NCBI GenBank assembly: GCA_012295275.1
Contig: CM022667.1
Location: 7,254,001-7,318,000 of the forward strand
Source: Chrysomallon squamiferum
Lineage: Eukaryota; Animalia; Mollusca
DNA length: 64,000 nucleotides
Reading direction: 5' to 3'
Positions within the stretch are counted from its first letter, which is position 1. Every line of letters starts with the position of its first letter. The notes under the pieces were generated by a model. The model made no database searches. It worked only from the letters and a program-made list of their open reading frames with translations, and was not told where the DNA came from. This document shows, in pieces, positions 1 to 12,127 of this stretch. Position numbers and translations under genes: made by a program.

Positions 1-2750
1 AAAAGATAGCAGTAGTAGTAGTAACAACAACAGTTACTAGTAACAATTACAAGAGAAGTAACACAGACAGAGTTGCAGGAAAGATAGCAGTAGTAGTAGT
101 AACAACAACAGTAGTAGTAACAGTAGAACAGAAATAACACAGACAGAAGTTGTAGGAAAGATAGCAGTAATAGTAGTAACAACAACAGTAGTAGTAACAA
201 TTACAAGAGAAATAACAGAGGCAGAAGATGAAGGAAAGATAGCAGTAGTAATGGTAACAACAACAGTAGTAGTAACAATTACAACAGAAATAAGACAGAC
301 AGAAGATGTAGGAAAGATAGCAGTAATAATACTAACAACAACAGTACTAGTAACAGTACAACAGAAATAACACAGACAGGAAGTTTTAGGAAAGACAGCA
401 GTAGTAGTAGTAACAACAACAGTAGTAGTAACAATTACAACAAAATAACACAGACAGAAGGAAAGATAGCAGTAGTAGTAGTAACAACAACAGTACTAGT
501 ATCAATTACAACAGAAATAACAGAGGCAGAAGATGTAGGAAAGATAGCAGTAGTAATAAGTAACAACAACAGTACTAGTAACAATTACAAGAGAAATAAC
601 AGAGACGGAAGTTTTAGGAAAGACAGCAGTAGTAGTAGTAACAACAACAGTTACTAGTAACAGTACAAGAGAAAATAACAGAGGCAGAAGATGTAGGAAA
701 GATAGCAGTAGTAATAAAGTAACAACAACAGTACTAGTAACAATACAAGAGAAAATAACAGAGACGGAAGTTTTAGAAAAGATAGCAGTAGTAGTAAAAC
801 AACAACAATTACTAAGTAACAATTACAAGAGAAATAACAGAGACAGAAGTTTTAGGAAGAGACAGCAGTAGTAATGGTAACAACAACAATTACTAGTAAC
901 AATTACAAGAGAAATAACAGAGGCAGAAGATGTAGGAAAGAGAGCAGTAGTAATAAGTAACAACAACAATTACTAGTAACAGTTACAAGAGAAAATAACA
1001 GAGACAGAAGTTTTAGGAAAGATAGCAGTAGTAGTAAGTAACAACAACAATTACTAGTAACAATTACAACAGAAATATGCACAGACGGAAGTTTAGGAAA
1101 AGATAGCAGTAGTAATAGTAACAACAACAGTACTAGTAACAATTACAACAAAAATAACACAGACAGAAGATGAAGGAAAGATAGCAGTAGTAATAATAGT
1201 AACAACAACAGTAGTAGTAACAATTACAACAGAAATAACAGATACGGAAGATGTAGGAAAGACAGCAGTAATGGTAGTAACAACAACAACAATTACTAGT
1301 AACAATTACAACAAAAATAACAGAGGCAGAAGATGAAGGAAAGATAGCAGTAGTAATAAAATAAGAACAACAATTACTAGTAACAATACAAGAGAAATAA
1401 CAGAGGCAGAAGATGAAGGAAAGATAGCAGTAGTAATAGTAACAACAACAGTACTAGTAACAGTACAAGAGAAATAACAGAGGCAGAAGTTGTAGGAAAG
1501 ATAGCAGTAGTAATAGTAACAACAACAGTATTAGTAACAGTACAAGAGAAATAATACAGACAGAAGTTGTAGGAAAGATAGCAGTAGTAGTAGTAACAAC
1601 AACAGTATTAGTAACAGTACAAGAGAAATAACAGAGAGAGAAGTTGTAGGAAAGACAGCAGTAGTAGTAGTAACAACAACAGTACTAGTAACAGTACAAC
1701 AGAAATAACACAGACAGAAGTTTTAGGAAAGATAGCAGCAGTAGTAGTAACAACAACAGTACTAGTAACAGGACAACAGAAATAACAGAGACGGAAGTTT
1801 TAGGAAAGATAGCAGTAGTAGTAGTAACAACAACAGTACTAGTAACAGTACAACAGAAATAACACAGACAGAAGATGTAGGAAAGATAGCAGTAGTAGTA
1901 GTAACAACAACAGTACTAGTAACAGTACAACAGAAATAACACAGACGGAAGTTTTAGGAAAGATAGCAGTAGTAATAGTAACAACAACAGTACTAGTAAC
2001 AGTACAACAGAAATAACACAGAGAGATGTTGTAGGAAAGATAGCAGTAGTAATAGTAACAACAACAGTACTAGTAACAGTACAAGAGAAATAACACAGAC
2101 AGAAGTTGTAGGAAAGACAGCAGTAGTAATAGTAACAACAACAGTACTAGTAACAGTACAACAGAAATAACAGAGGCAGAAGTTGTAGGAAAGACAGCAG
2201 TAGTAATAGTAACAACAACAGTACTAGTAACAGTACAACAGAAATAACAGAGGCAGAAGATGAAGGAAAGAGAGCAGTAATAGTAGTAACAACAACAATT
2301 ACTAGTAACAGTACAACAAAATAACACAGACAGAAGTTGTAGGAAAGACAGCAGTAGTAATAAAATAACAACAATTACTAGTAACAGTGAAAGAGAAATA
2401 ACAGAGGCAGAAGATGAAGGAAAGATAGCAGTAGTAATAGTAACAACAACAGTACTAGTAACAGTACAACAGAAATAACACAGACAGAAGTTGTAGGAAA
2501 GACAGCAGTAGTAATAGTAACAACAACAGTACTAGTAACAGTACAACGGAAATAACACAGACAGAAGATGAAGGAAAGACAGCAGTAGTAGTAGTAACAA
2601 CAACAGTACTAGTAGCAGTACAAGAGAAATAACAGAGAGAGAAGTTGTAGGAAAGATAGCAGTAGTAGTAGTAACAACAACAGTATTAGTAACAGTACAA
2701 GAGAAATAACTAAGAGAGATGTTGTAGGAAAGATAGCAGTAGTAATAGTA
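1..2750. repeat. ~77-bp purine-skewed minisatellite (runs off the window start)
   Basis: Unit AGGAAAGATAGCAGTAGTAATAGTAACAACAACAGTACTAGTAACAGTACAAGAGAAATAACAGAGGCAGAAGTTGT, with starts at 1417, 1494 and 1571 (period 77). It decays into AGT-rich low-complexity sequence up to ~3330. Confidence 0.95.
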
Positions 2751-4079
2751 GTAGCAGTGAAAGCAAAGCAGTTATAGATAGTAGTATGTACAAAAAGTAG
2801 TGGTAGAACAGTCCTTAAGCTGTAATACAGAAGTAGTGGTAGTGGTAGAGCAGGATTAGTAACATTATTAGTTGTATTGATAGCTGTAGCGGTAGTAACA
2901 GCAGCAGGAAGAGTACTGGGATTCCAATAGCAGTACTAGTAATAAACCTGTAATAGTTATTCTGTAGTAATAGCATAACAGTAATACTCATAGTAGAGCA
3001 AAAATAGTAGTCTCAGTAGGAGTTTCACTATTAATATTATCATTATTAGCTGGAGTAGTAGAGTTATCCTAGAAATAGTAAAATAATAGTAGAGTAATAG
3101 TAGTGGTAAAAGTTGTAGTAGCAGTACTCTTAGCAGTGCGACAGTTATAATAGAGGAGTAATTGTAGAAGAACACTACAAGCAGTAGAGCGTTGGTGGTG
3201 GCACTAGTTACAGAACGGTAAATGCCGTAGTAGTAGTTGAAATAGCAGTATTAGTAGTTGAAATAGCAGTACTACTAGCAGCAGTATCACTAGAAAAAGA
3301 AGAAGAAGAAAAATAGTGGTAATAGCAGCTGATATTCCGTCTAACGGATCGTGTTACTTTCTGAGACAGATGTATGATGTTAGAATTTTCTAGATAAAGA
3401 AGGAAACTTGAATGGATAAACGTGTCCTAATGAAAATCTGTAACTACTCTTTAGTTAAATATTTTACAGATGTGTTACAGTGTAAATCAGTTTTAAACAT
3501 ACAAGCACAAGCAAAGGCGTGACATGAACATTGGTGGTAACGAGAAATGACAAGACACACTTACATGTTTGTATGTGTGTGCGTATATATATATATGTAT
3601 GTATGTATGTGTGTGCGTATATATGAATGTGTGTATGTATATATGTATGTATGTGTATTCATATATACACACTCAGATACATGGAATGCAATAATAGACA
3701 TTTGACGTTTATTGTCACAATATGTAAATTTCAAACTCGTTATTTTGTTTTATTATCAAACTTTATAATCAGATATGTTCAGCTGAAACATATTTTTCAG
3801 AACATGCTTGCAATGTGTCACCTGGAAAGGCATTACGTCATACCTCGTCTAGTTTTATAACTTTAGGAATAGAACTAATGCAAAACATTTTATACATCAG
3901 TGTAAATTTTCTTATATATATATAACATCGAGTACTTACGCTTGCTAACAGTTTATTATTGTTGTTCTTCTGTTGTTTGAAAGACATCACAACATACGTG
4001 GTAAAATATTATAGTTTTAGAACAAAACTAATGAAAGATATTTTACACGACTCACATACTATCACTCGAATTAACATTT

Positions 4080-4615
4080 CTCATTCTAACATTGCATTAA
4101 CATTTTACTTACTACATTTTATACTAGTTCAAAGAACTCTACAACTTGTTACTACTGTAATTTAGTACAAGTACTAACAATTTTACTTATTTCATGCTGG
4201 TGCTGGTATGAACCTTTTACTTACTACATATTACCACTAGTAACATTTTGCTCACTTCATGTTACTAATGTTATTAACACTGTTACTTACTACACGTTAC
4301 TACATGTATTAACATTTTTCTTACTGTAGCTTATTACTGGTACTAACATTTTTACTTAATATATATTACTATTTGTATTAAATTGTTTTACTTTTTGCAT
4401 GTCACTACTGGTATTAACATTTTTACTTAATATATGTTACTATTTGTACTACCTTTTATACTTGTTACATATAGCTACTAGTATTAACATTTATGTTTGT
4501 TACATATTAGTACTAGCAATAACGTTTTTACTTGTTATTAATATATTAACATTTAGTTACTTGTTGCTGACATCTCAGTTGAATTCTGTTATTAACATTT
4601 TGTTACTATGCTGAC
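4080..4615. repeat. degenerate ~40-bp tandem repeat
   Basis: Recurrent TTAACATTTT(T)ACTTACTACAT-like motif; highly diverged copies. Confidence 0.6.
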
Positions 4616-4664
4616 TCTGTTCTTAATCTTGTTCACTGTAGATAAATATTGTCAACAGTTCAAC

Positions 4665-5400
4665 ATGTCTGCAGTAATGTTCCTTCTGATTATGGCTACG
4701 TCATTCCAACACGTGCTATCGAAAATATATGCTTCAAATCTGACAAGTTAGTCATGATTTTGGTATTGGGATGTCTTCTATGTTTAACTTAATTTTCTAT
4801 TTATCTTTATATGAAATAGCAAAATTAAAAAATATTAAAAAAGTTAATATAAAATAAAATAAAGTAAAAATAATTTTAATAAATAAAAATAATAGTATAA
4901 TAATATTTTATCAAAAAAGCAAGTGAAATGTTCTATAGTGCTGAGAGATAGACAGACAGACATTCAATTAACTAAGTTAAGATTTTGGACGATTTAGAAA
5001 CAGAGTTATTATACAGAGACAGAAAGCCTGACACATAGATCTAATTAATATATTTTTAGTGTTTGACGGTATATACAACACAGAAAGTAGACAGTGCGAC
5101 ACACAGTGGGGGAAAATTAACATAGGAGAAAACATCCATCAGTTCACTTACCACGGTTCACTTATAGTCAAATGCGTTGAGGGTGGATTCAAAATCGATG
5201 AACGAACTTCTTGTAAGTAATGTAGTCAATCTTTGTTTCATTGTTGAGTGTTCTAAATTAAATAAATTCATAAGCAAAGATTGAAAAATGTCTCGTATTA
5301 AATTAGCCTTAAAATTCTTGCGAAGACGAAGTGAAACGCGCAAGAAATTGTGAAACAAAGTGTCAGCATAAACAGGGGACTGACAATATCAAATCTCAGT

Positions 5401-5485
<85 letters not shown>

Positions 5486-7028
5486 ACTATTTCAAGAAAA
5501 CTAGCATTTCTGAAGTTCGCTATACAGCCAAACGTTACTATAAGTTATTGAAAATGCAATTAATATTTTTGTCTGTGAGTAAGAGTGTGAGTGCGTGTGG
5601 TATTGTAAACGGAGCAAATTCACTTACTACTGTTAAATTAGACAGGTAAAGACAAGATTTTGAATTATACAAAATGGTTTGTGTTCTGCACTGCTATTTT
5701 ATTTCCTGGTGACATGCCTGGATGTTTTTATGAGTGTGCAGGAGTGAGTACAATTAACAAAAACATCTTTGTATAAGAACTGAAAAATTATTTTGTTTTG
5801 ACAGACGTGACAATGTATGGAACTCGGGTTCCAGCCACAAATACGAATACAAAGACTAGGTGTGGAGTCTTCAGTTACAGAGCCACTCTACACATCGCCA
5901 CATTTAATAAGCATCTAGCGACTTTAAACCTTACTGTTTATAAAGATAAAAGTTCTGGTAAATAATTTCAGCTTTTATAATAGTACTCATGGAAATAAAA
6001 AGAAAAATAATAATATTAATAATTAGGATGATAATTATGATAATGGTTATGATGATGATGATTTCGATATAATAGTACGTAATATATAGAGAACTTACTT
6101 GTTTCAAATATTTCTGTTGTATTTGAATTTTATTTTTAATTAATTTATTACTGCCGCTATTTGTTTTCTTCTTGTGTTTTTCTCGTTCGTATATCAACAT
6201 TTGTCTGAGTATATTTAAAACAAATATTTATTTTTAATCTTTCAAGCTGTTGTCTGTGATCTGCGAAAATTTTATGAATGCCTTGTGGTAGATGAACTCT
6301 GGACGAGAAAGTGCATTACTATGACTTGTACCAATCTCGGCGCGTTTAACATAATACGTAGAGGTAAGACTCACTTTCTGGACTTTTTGAACTTTTTGGA
6401 CTTGCCAAACTCGGCATCGTTGGGACCAGCACCATGACATCAAATGGAATTTACCGATTTTTGGAATGCATTAAGTTCGACAAACACAAACACAAACACA
6501 AACACAAATACAAACACAAACCAAACACAAACACAAACACAAACACAAACCAAACACGGTGCGTGCAATACAGTAGCCGCCACGTCACGCGAAATACTGC
6601 CGCACAGTGAGACTGTTGTCAAGAGTGGAAAGAACTTTTCAGATCGATTATAGATAAGTGCTGACAAGAAAAGAAATTAAATGACACATATAGGACATAA
6701 TGAACATCAGCATAGTGTGTTGAATATTCTAAGAAGAAAATTACAGGTGTTATTGTGAAAATCAGCTAATTTGGATATTTCCAGACTTTTCTTACGTCGT
6801 GTATTATTAGTCACAAATTTATCTACATGCTAAAACTATCTTGTATGTGACGTGAACCGTGTAAAGTATCGCTAATTTATTTTCTGTTTGTGTCTTCTTT
6901 GTTCCCCTTTTATTTCAGACTGTGAAGTCGATGGCAAATGTTACAAAGCTGGTTACAAAACTGAAAGTGGCTGGTTTTGGTGGAAAAAGAAATGTCTCTG
7001 TCTTACTACTGGACAAATGCGCTGTTAA
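4665..7028 (+). CDS. unrecognised secreted cysteine-rich protein, 153 aa, 4 coding exons
   Basis: Exons 4665-4746, 5805-5957, 6247-6363, 6919-7028. All three introns are GT-AG phase 1 and the exons join in frame (462 nt): MSAVMFLLIMATSFQHVLSKIYASNLTNVTMYGTRVPATNTNTKTRCGVFSYRATLHIATFNKHLATLNLTVYKDKSSAVVCDLRKFYECLVVDELWTRKCITMTCTNLGAFNIIRRDCEVDGKCYKAGYKTESGWFWWKKKCLCLTTGQMRC*. Signal-peptide-like N-terminus and 10 Cys. Confidence 0.8.
5403..5731 (+). repeat. (CT)n-headed ~330-bp dispersed repeat, left copy of an inverted pair
   Basis: (CT)n at 5403-5481, then TTATACTATTTCAAGAAAA...CTGCTATTTTATTTCCTGGTGACA. A similar reverse-complement copy lies at 7048-7354. Confidence 0.9.
6480..6557. repeat. 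(CAAACA)n microsatellite
   Basis: Direct reading; lies in intron 3 of the Cys-rich gene. Confidence 0.9.
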
Positions 7029-7047
7029 TTACAATTTGATAGGTTAT

Positions 7048-7278
7048 ATAAAAACATTTTGTCACCAGGAAATAAAATAGCAGTGCAGAACACAATGCAT
7101 TTTTTATGTTTCAAAATCTTATCTAATTTAACAGTAATAAGTGAATTTGCTCCGTTTACAAACTCACACGCACTCACACACTCACTCACAGACAAAAATA
7201 TTAATTGCATTTTCAATAACTTATAGTAACGTTTGACTGTATAGCGAACTTCAGAAATGCTAATTTTCTTGAAATAGT

Positions 7279-7354
<76 letters not shown>
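7048..7354 (-). repeat. (CT)n-headed dispersed repeat, right (inverted) copy
   Basis: Reverse complement of 5403-5731 with scattered substitutions and small indels. The spurious ORFs 5350..5649(+) and 7025..7366(-) share LLYYFKK.SISEVRYT.KRYYKLLKMQLIFLSVS. Confidence 0.9.
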
Positions 7355-7356
<2 letters not shown>

Positions 7357-9489
7357 CTTCGAACACTGTTCAATACTTTCAAATTTTAAAGACATTCACT
7401 CTGTGAATTTTACAGAACGATTTAAGAAACTGTAAAAATCATCATTACGATCATAATAGTAAACCAAATTCAATATGAAACTGAAGACATTTACTCATTT
7501 AGGTCCAGTAATATTACACACCAAACCTACTAATGCTTTTGACTGTCCATATATTAGATATATAAACTGGACTATAAATAGCATTTACTCTCACATTACT
7601 TATTATTAATAATCAATAATGTTTAAATGATTTAATAATAATATTTCATTTTAAATATGGCTCAGTCATAAAAATGGGCAATGGCTTGTTAAAAATATTG
7701 ACAATTCATTATTTGATGTTTGTAATAATTGATATGTTTTCATTTTAATTATTATCATAAGAATCGTCAGTCATTTTATGATTGTAAAAACAATTAATGA
7801 ATCACTGAATGGCAATAATTGAATAAATTATTCATAATTAAATTAATTACATATTGGTAACTTTATCATCGTTTTTCGTCTGTTTTTCTGTTGATGATAA
7901 AAGTGTGCTTCTTTCTTCCCATGGTTGAAGTGTAAATAACTTCTCAGTTTTGCAAATCAGCTATATGTTTATGTTTCGCGGTAATCCACAACATTTTTCA
8001 TTGGAGCAGACACCTAGCCTTATTCTGTGTGTCTAAGTTCCACCTCTTTGTATTGCTTGAAGTAATCTTACAAAAATCAACACCCAAAACTGTAGGAAGT
8101 ATTTGTGATCTCTTTAATATAAAATAATATGCAAGGTGCTAATTGTAGAATGCATTTTATTGCTTCTGATCATATTTGATTAAACCATTTTCAGACGCAG
8201 TACAAAATAACAATTTTGTTAATCAAGGGTAAAGTATGGCTGGAGTAATTACACTATTGTTAAATACATTTGAACATTATTGTAGAAAATTGCACTACGA
8301 AAACATCAGTTTTGTTATTTGTATTTGGTTTCAAGTACATTGTTTCTAAGAAAAGAAAATCACTGACACTAGTCCTTCTGTTTCTATCATTGCCTAAATA
8401 CAAGTAATTTTTGATAAGGAAAGCTCACACCTTTAAAAATGATTACCAGTCATATCGTCCCTGTGTGAAAACGTCCGGTCACCCTTAACACCAACATCAC
8501 AACTCATACAATAATTGAAGTGGAATCAAATTCAATGTCATTTCAACCCTAAATCTTGCTTATGGAAACCAATTAAGAACACAACTGACTAACAGCAAAC
8601 ATCAGATACTAATTCAGGCTAATCGTTTGGTGTTTCCACCTACCACGTTTACTTGTTTATTTAGTTTTAAAACTTAGACTTAATTCTGCATTTACACAAC
8701 ATAATAAACTTTGGTTACTCATTAAGGTGTCCTTCGTACGCGGGGACGTTCTAACTGGCCACCTTAAAAGGCCATTCAAGGAGCACTGGCTGGAAGAAGA
8801 AATATTTTGATATGTGTGCTGAAAAGGACAGATCTTGACATCCCGCGACTGAGTCATAGAAAGCAATACAAATAATGTCTGTCAGTGTCAGAGGATTTGA
8901 ACTTTCTCTTAATATAAACTGATCTGCTCCTTCCACAATTTACAATAAGATGGATTGTCGTGTTGAGTCACAAAACTGTAGTGGACCTTCCACTTCAACA
9001 TGTGACTTGCTTGTAACAACAGCAACCAACGACATGGAAAGGATATCATGCATGAACAACCAGGTTGAAGCGGTGACAACAAACATTACTACTACTGTTA
9101 ATAATTTTATTGCGGTGGTAGTGATGATATACTACACACAACAAAATTAAAAAAAAAAAAACAACAACAAAAAAACAACTATAATAAATATAATAAAAAA
9201 ATAAAAACAAAAAGATAATAAAAATGAACGAAACATCTGAGAATACGAGAAGGAGAATACTTCCAAAAAGTCGGTAAAGGAGACGCTGAGGTTGTAGATG
9301 TTAGCGATCCACAGTTCCCGGGGCACAGTGTAAGGTGAAAGAAACCAGACGATTAATCACTTGTTTATTTCTGATGACAGACGTGTGGATGTACGGTTCA
9401 GCTGGTAGGTCTTTTCCTGTTTTCACGCCTCAGCCTGATGAAAGAGAAATTTAGGAGAAAGGAAAACGTGTGGTCAGATAACGATTACC

Positions 9490-10320
9490 TGACTGATTCA
9501 CTCTTTTCAGTCTGTTCATACATACACTGATTTACTCTTTTCAGTCTGTCAGCTCAGACATGCGCTGACTGATTTACTCTTTTCAGTCTGTTTGCTCAGA
9601 CATGCACTGACTCACTCTTTTCAGTCTGTCAGCTCAGACATGCACTGACTCGCTCTTTTCAGTCTGTCAGCTCAGACATGCACTAATTCACTCTTTTCAG
9701 TCTGTCAGCTCAGACATGCACTGATTCACTCTTTTCAGTCTGTCTGTTCATACATGCACTGATTCACTCTCTTCAGTCTGTCTGTTCATACATGCACTGA
9801 TTCACTCTTTTCAGTCTGTCTGTTCAGACACGCACTGATTCACTCTTTTCAGTCTGTCAGCTCAGACATGCACTGACTCACTCTTTTCAGTCTGTTTGCT
9901 CAGACATGCACTGATTCACTCTTTTCAGTCTGTCTGCTCAGACATGCACTGACTGATTTACTCTTTTCAGTCTGTCTGCTCAGACATGCACTGACTGATT
10001 CACTCTTTTCAGTCTGTCTGCTCAGACATGCACTGATTTACTCTTTTCAGTCTGTTTGCTCAGACATGCACTGACTGATTTACTCTTTTCAGTCTGTCTG
10101 TTCATACATGCACTGATTTACTCTTTTCAGTCTGTTTGCTCAGACATACACTGACTGATTTATTCTTTTCAGTCTGTCTGTTCATACATGCACTGATTTA
10201 CTCTTTTCAGTCTGTCTGCTCAGACATGCACTGATTTACTCTTTTCAGTCTGTTTACTCAGACATGCACTGACTGATTTACTCTTTTCAGTCTGTGTGCT
10301 CAGACATGCACTGACTGAGT
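9490..10320. repeat. 38/42-bp minisatellite
   Basis: Unit ACTCTTTTCAGTCTGTCTGCTCAGACATGCACTGA(CTGA)TT(C/T), about 20 copies. Confidence 0.95.
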
Positions 10321-10434
10321 CGACCCGCTGTTCACAGACAGCTGGGTTTTTTTCTATAGTTTTATCTATAGCAGCAGAAAACAAACCCGTGACTACGACA
10401 CTGTCACGTATTAATATGACATAAAAAAATAAAT

Positions 10435-10870
10435 AAAACACTGAGCGTATTAATGTCACACGAAAACAACACTGTCAGGTATTACTGTCACTTAAAACAA
10501 CTGTCAGGTATTAATGTCACAGGAAAACAACTGTCAGGTATTAATGTCACTTAAAACGACTGTCAGGTATTAATGTCACTTAAAACAACTGTCAGGTATT
10601 ACTGTCACTTAAAACAACTGTCAGGTATTAATGGCACAAAAAAAACGACTGTCAGGTATTAATGTCACTTAAAACAACTGTCAGGTATTAATGTCACTTA
10701 AAACAACTGTCAGGTATTAATGTCACACGAAAACAAGTGTCAGGTATTAGTCGCTTAAAACAACTGTCATGTATTAATGTCACTTAAAACAACTGTCAGG
10801 TATTAATGTCACACGAAAACAACTGTCAGGTATTACTGTCACTTAAAAGAACACTGTCAGGTATTTGTGT
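10435..10870. repeat. ~29-31-bp minisatellite
   Basis: Unit AAAACAACTGTCAGGTATTAATGTCACTT. Confidence 0.93.
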
Positions 10871-11824
10871 AATATGACAGATAACACAGCACTGTCGCGT
10901 GTGTTTGCGTGATAAAACAAAATCATTTTATTTTTATTTTTTATTTTTGAAAGGTGGCGAAGGGGAGGTATTTTTTATACCACATAAACCAAAAGAAAAT
11001 ATAGAATTAAGAAGAAACGTTTAAAATTACAAAATTAGACGTAACAAGAAAGCATTTTCTTATCTGATAATTTAAAATTGTCTATTTAAATATTATCTGA
11101 AATCTTTTATGATTAAAAGATTCAATATATACATTGTCATACTTTAAATCATATCTGTCTAATTCATGACTAAAACATATAAAATCTAGTTGGTCTAATT
11201 CAAATAACTCGTAACAAAAACATCTAAAATCTATGTAGAGTCGAGTCAGACATCTTTATAATGCTGATACTGGTTGTGATGAGATTCTGAATTACTACAT
11301 GCACCAAACTTAGTTCTGTGCCCTGAATACATCCACTTCACAATGCAAATATTCTGTGAATGAGATTAGGCAATGTACTAGTACCAGCACATGATTGACT
11401 AACTGGTACAATGAAATAATATCAAAGGTACCAATTTAAAAGAATTTTCAGTAATGCCATGACACATATTTCCTTTCATATATTTATAAAATAACTACAT
11501 GGAAAAATACAGTTTTTATTTGCTTGATTTATGCAGACTTGATGACTGGTTGATGGGGGTTTATTAGGTCATTTTACTATGCATTGTATTAAAGTGTTAC
11601 CTGAAGTACTGGTGGATGGTACAATAAGGTAAATATATGTATATTTAAATACAAACAACTGGTGATAAGTATGTTAGTGCTATACACAGAAGTTGCTTTA
11701 TAAAGAGGTTTGACTGTAGATGTCATAATTTAAATCCTCCATAACTAAAACAAAGAATTTAAATCCTTTGTAACCAAAACCTCTAAAATCTACACTATTC
11801 TCATATCTTAATTAATTCATTAAA

Positions 11825-12080
11825 TTTAGGTTATATTCAGTGAAACACTTAACCTTAGCTTATACTCTGTGAAACAGTTAGCTAGGTTATATTCAGTGAA
11901 ACACTTAACCTTAGCTCATACTCAGTGAAACAGCTAACATTAGGTCATACTCAGTAGAAGTTAACTTTAGGTTATACTCAGTGAAACAGTTAACTTTAGT
12001 TTATACTCAATGAAATGGTTCACTTTAGGTCATACTCAATGAAAGTTAAGTTTAGGTCATACTAAATTCAGGTCATAAAT
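11825..12080. repeat. ~29-bp degenerate tandem repeat just 3' of the DONSON stop
   Basis: AGGTTATACTCAGTGAAACAGTTAACCTT-like units. Confidence 0.8.
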
Positions 12081-12127
12081 ATTACAGAAATGTTCAACTG
12101 TACAGTGACCTGCCTGATGGAGTATTT

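Noticed and set aside
502-4614. Hydrophobic Leu/Val/Thr-rich ORFs
   Set aside because: Translations of the 77-bp minisatellite and low-complexity DNA.
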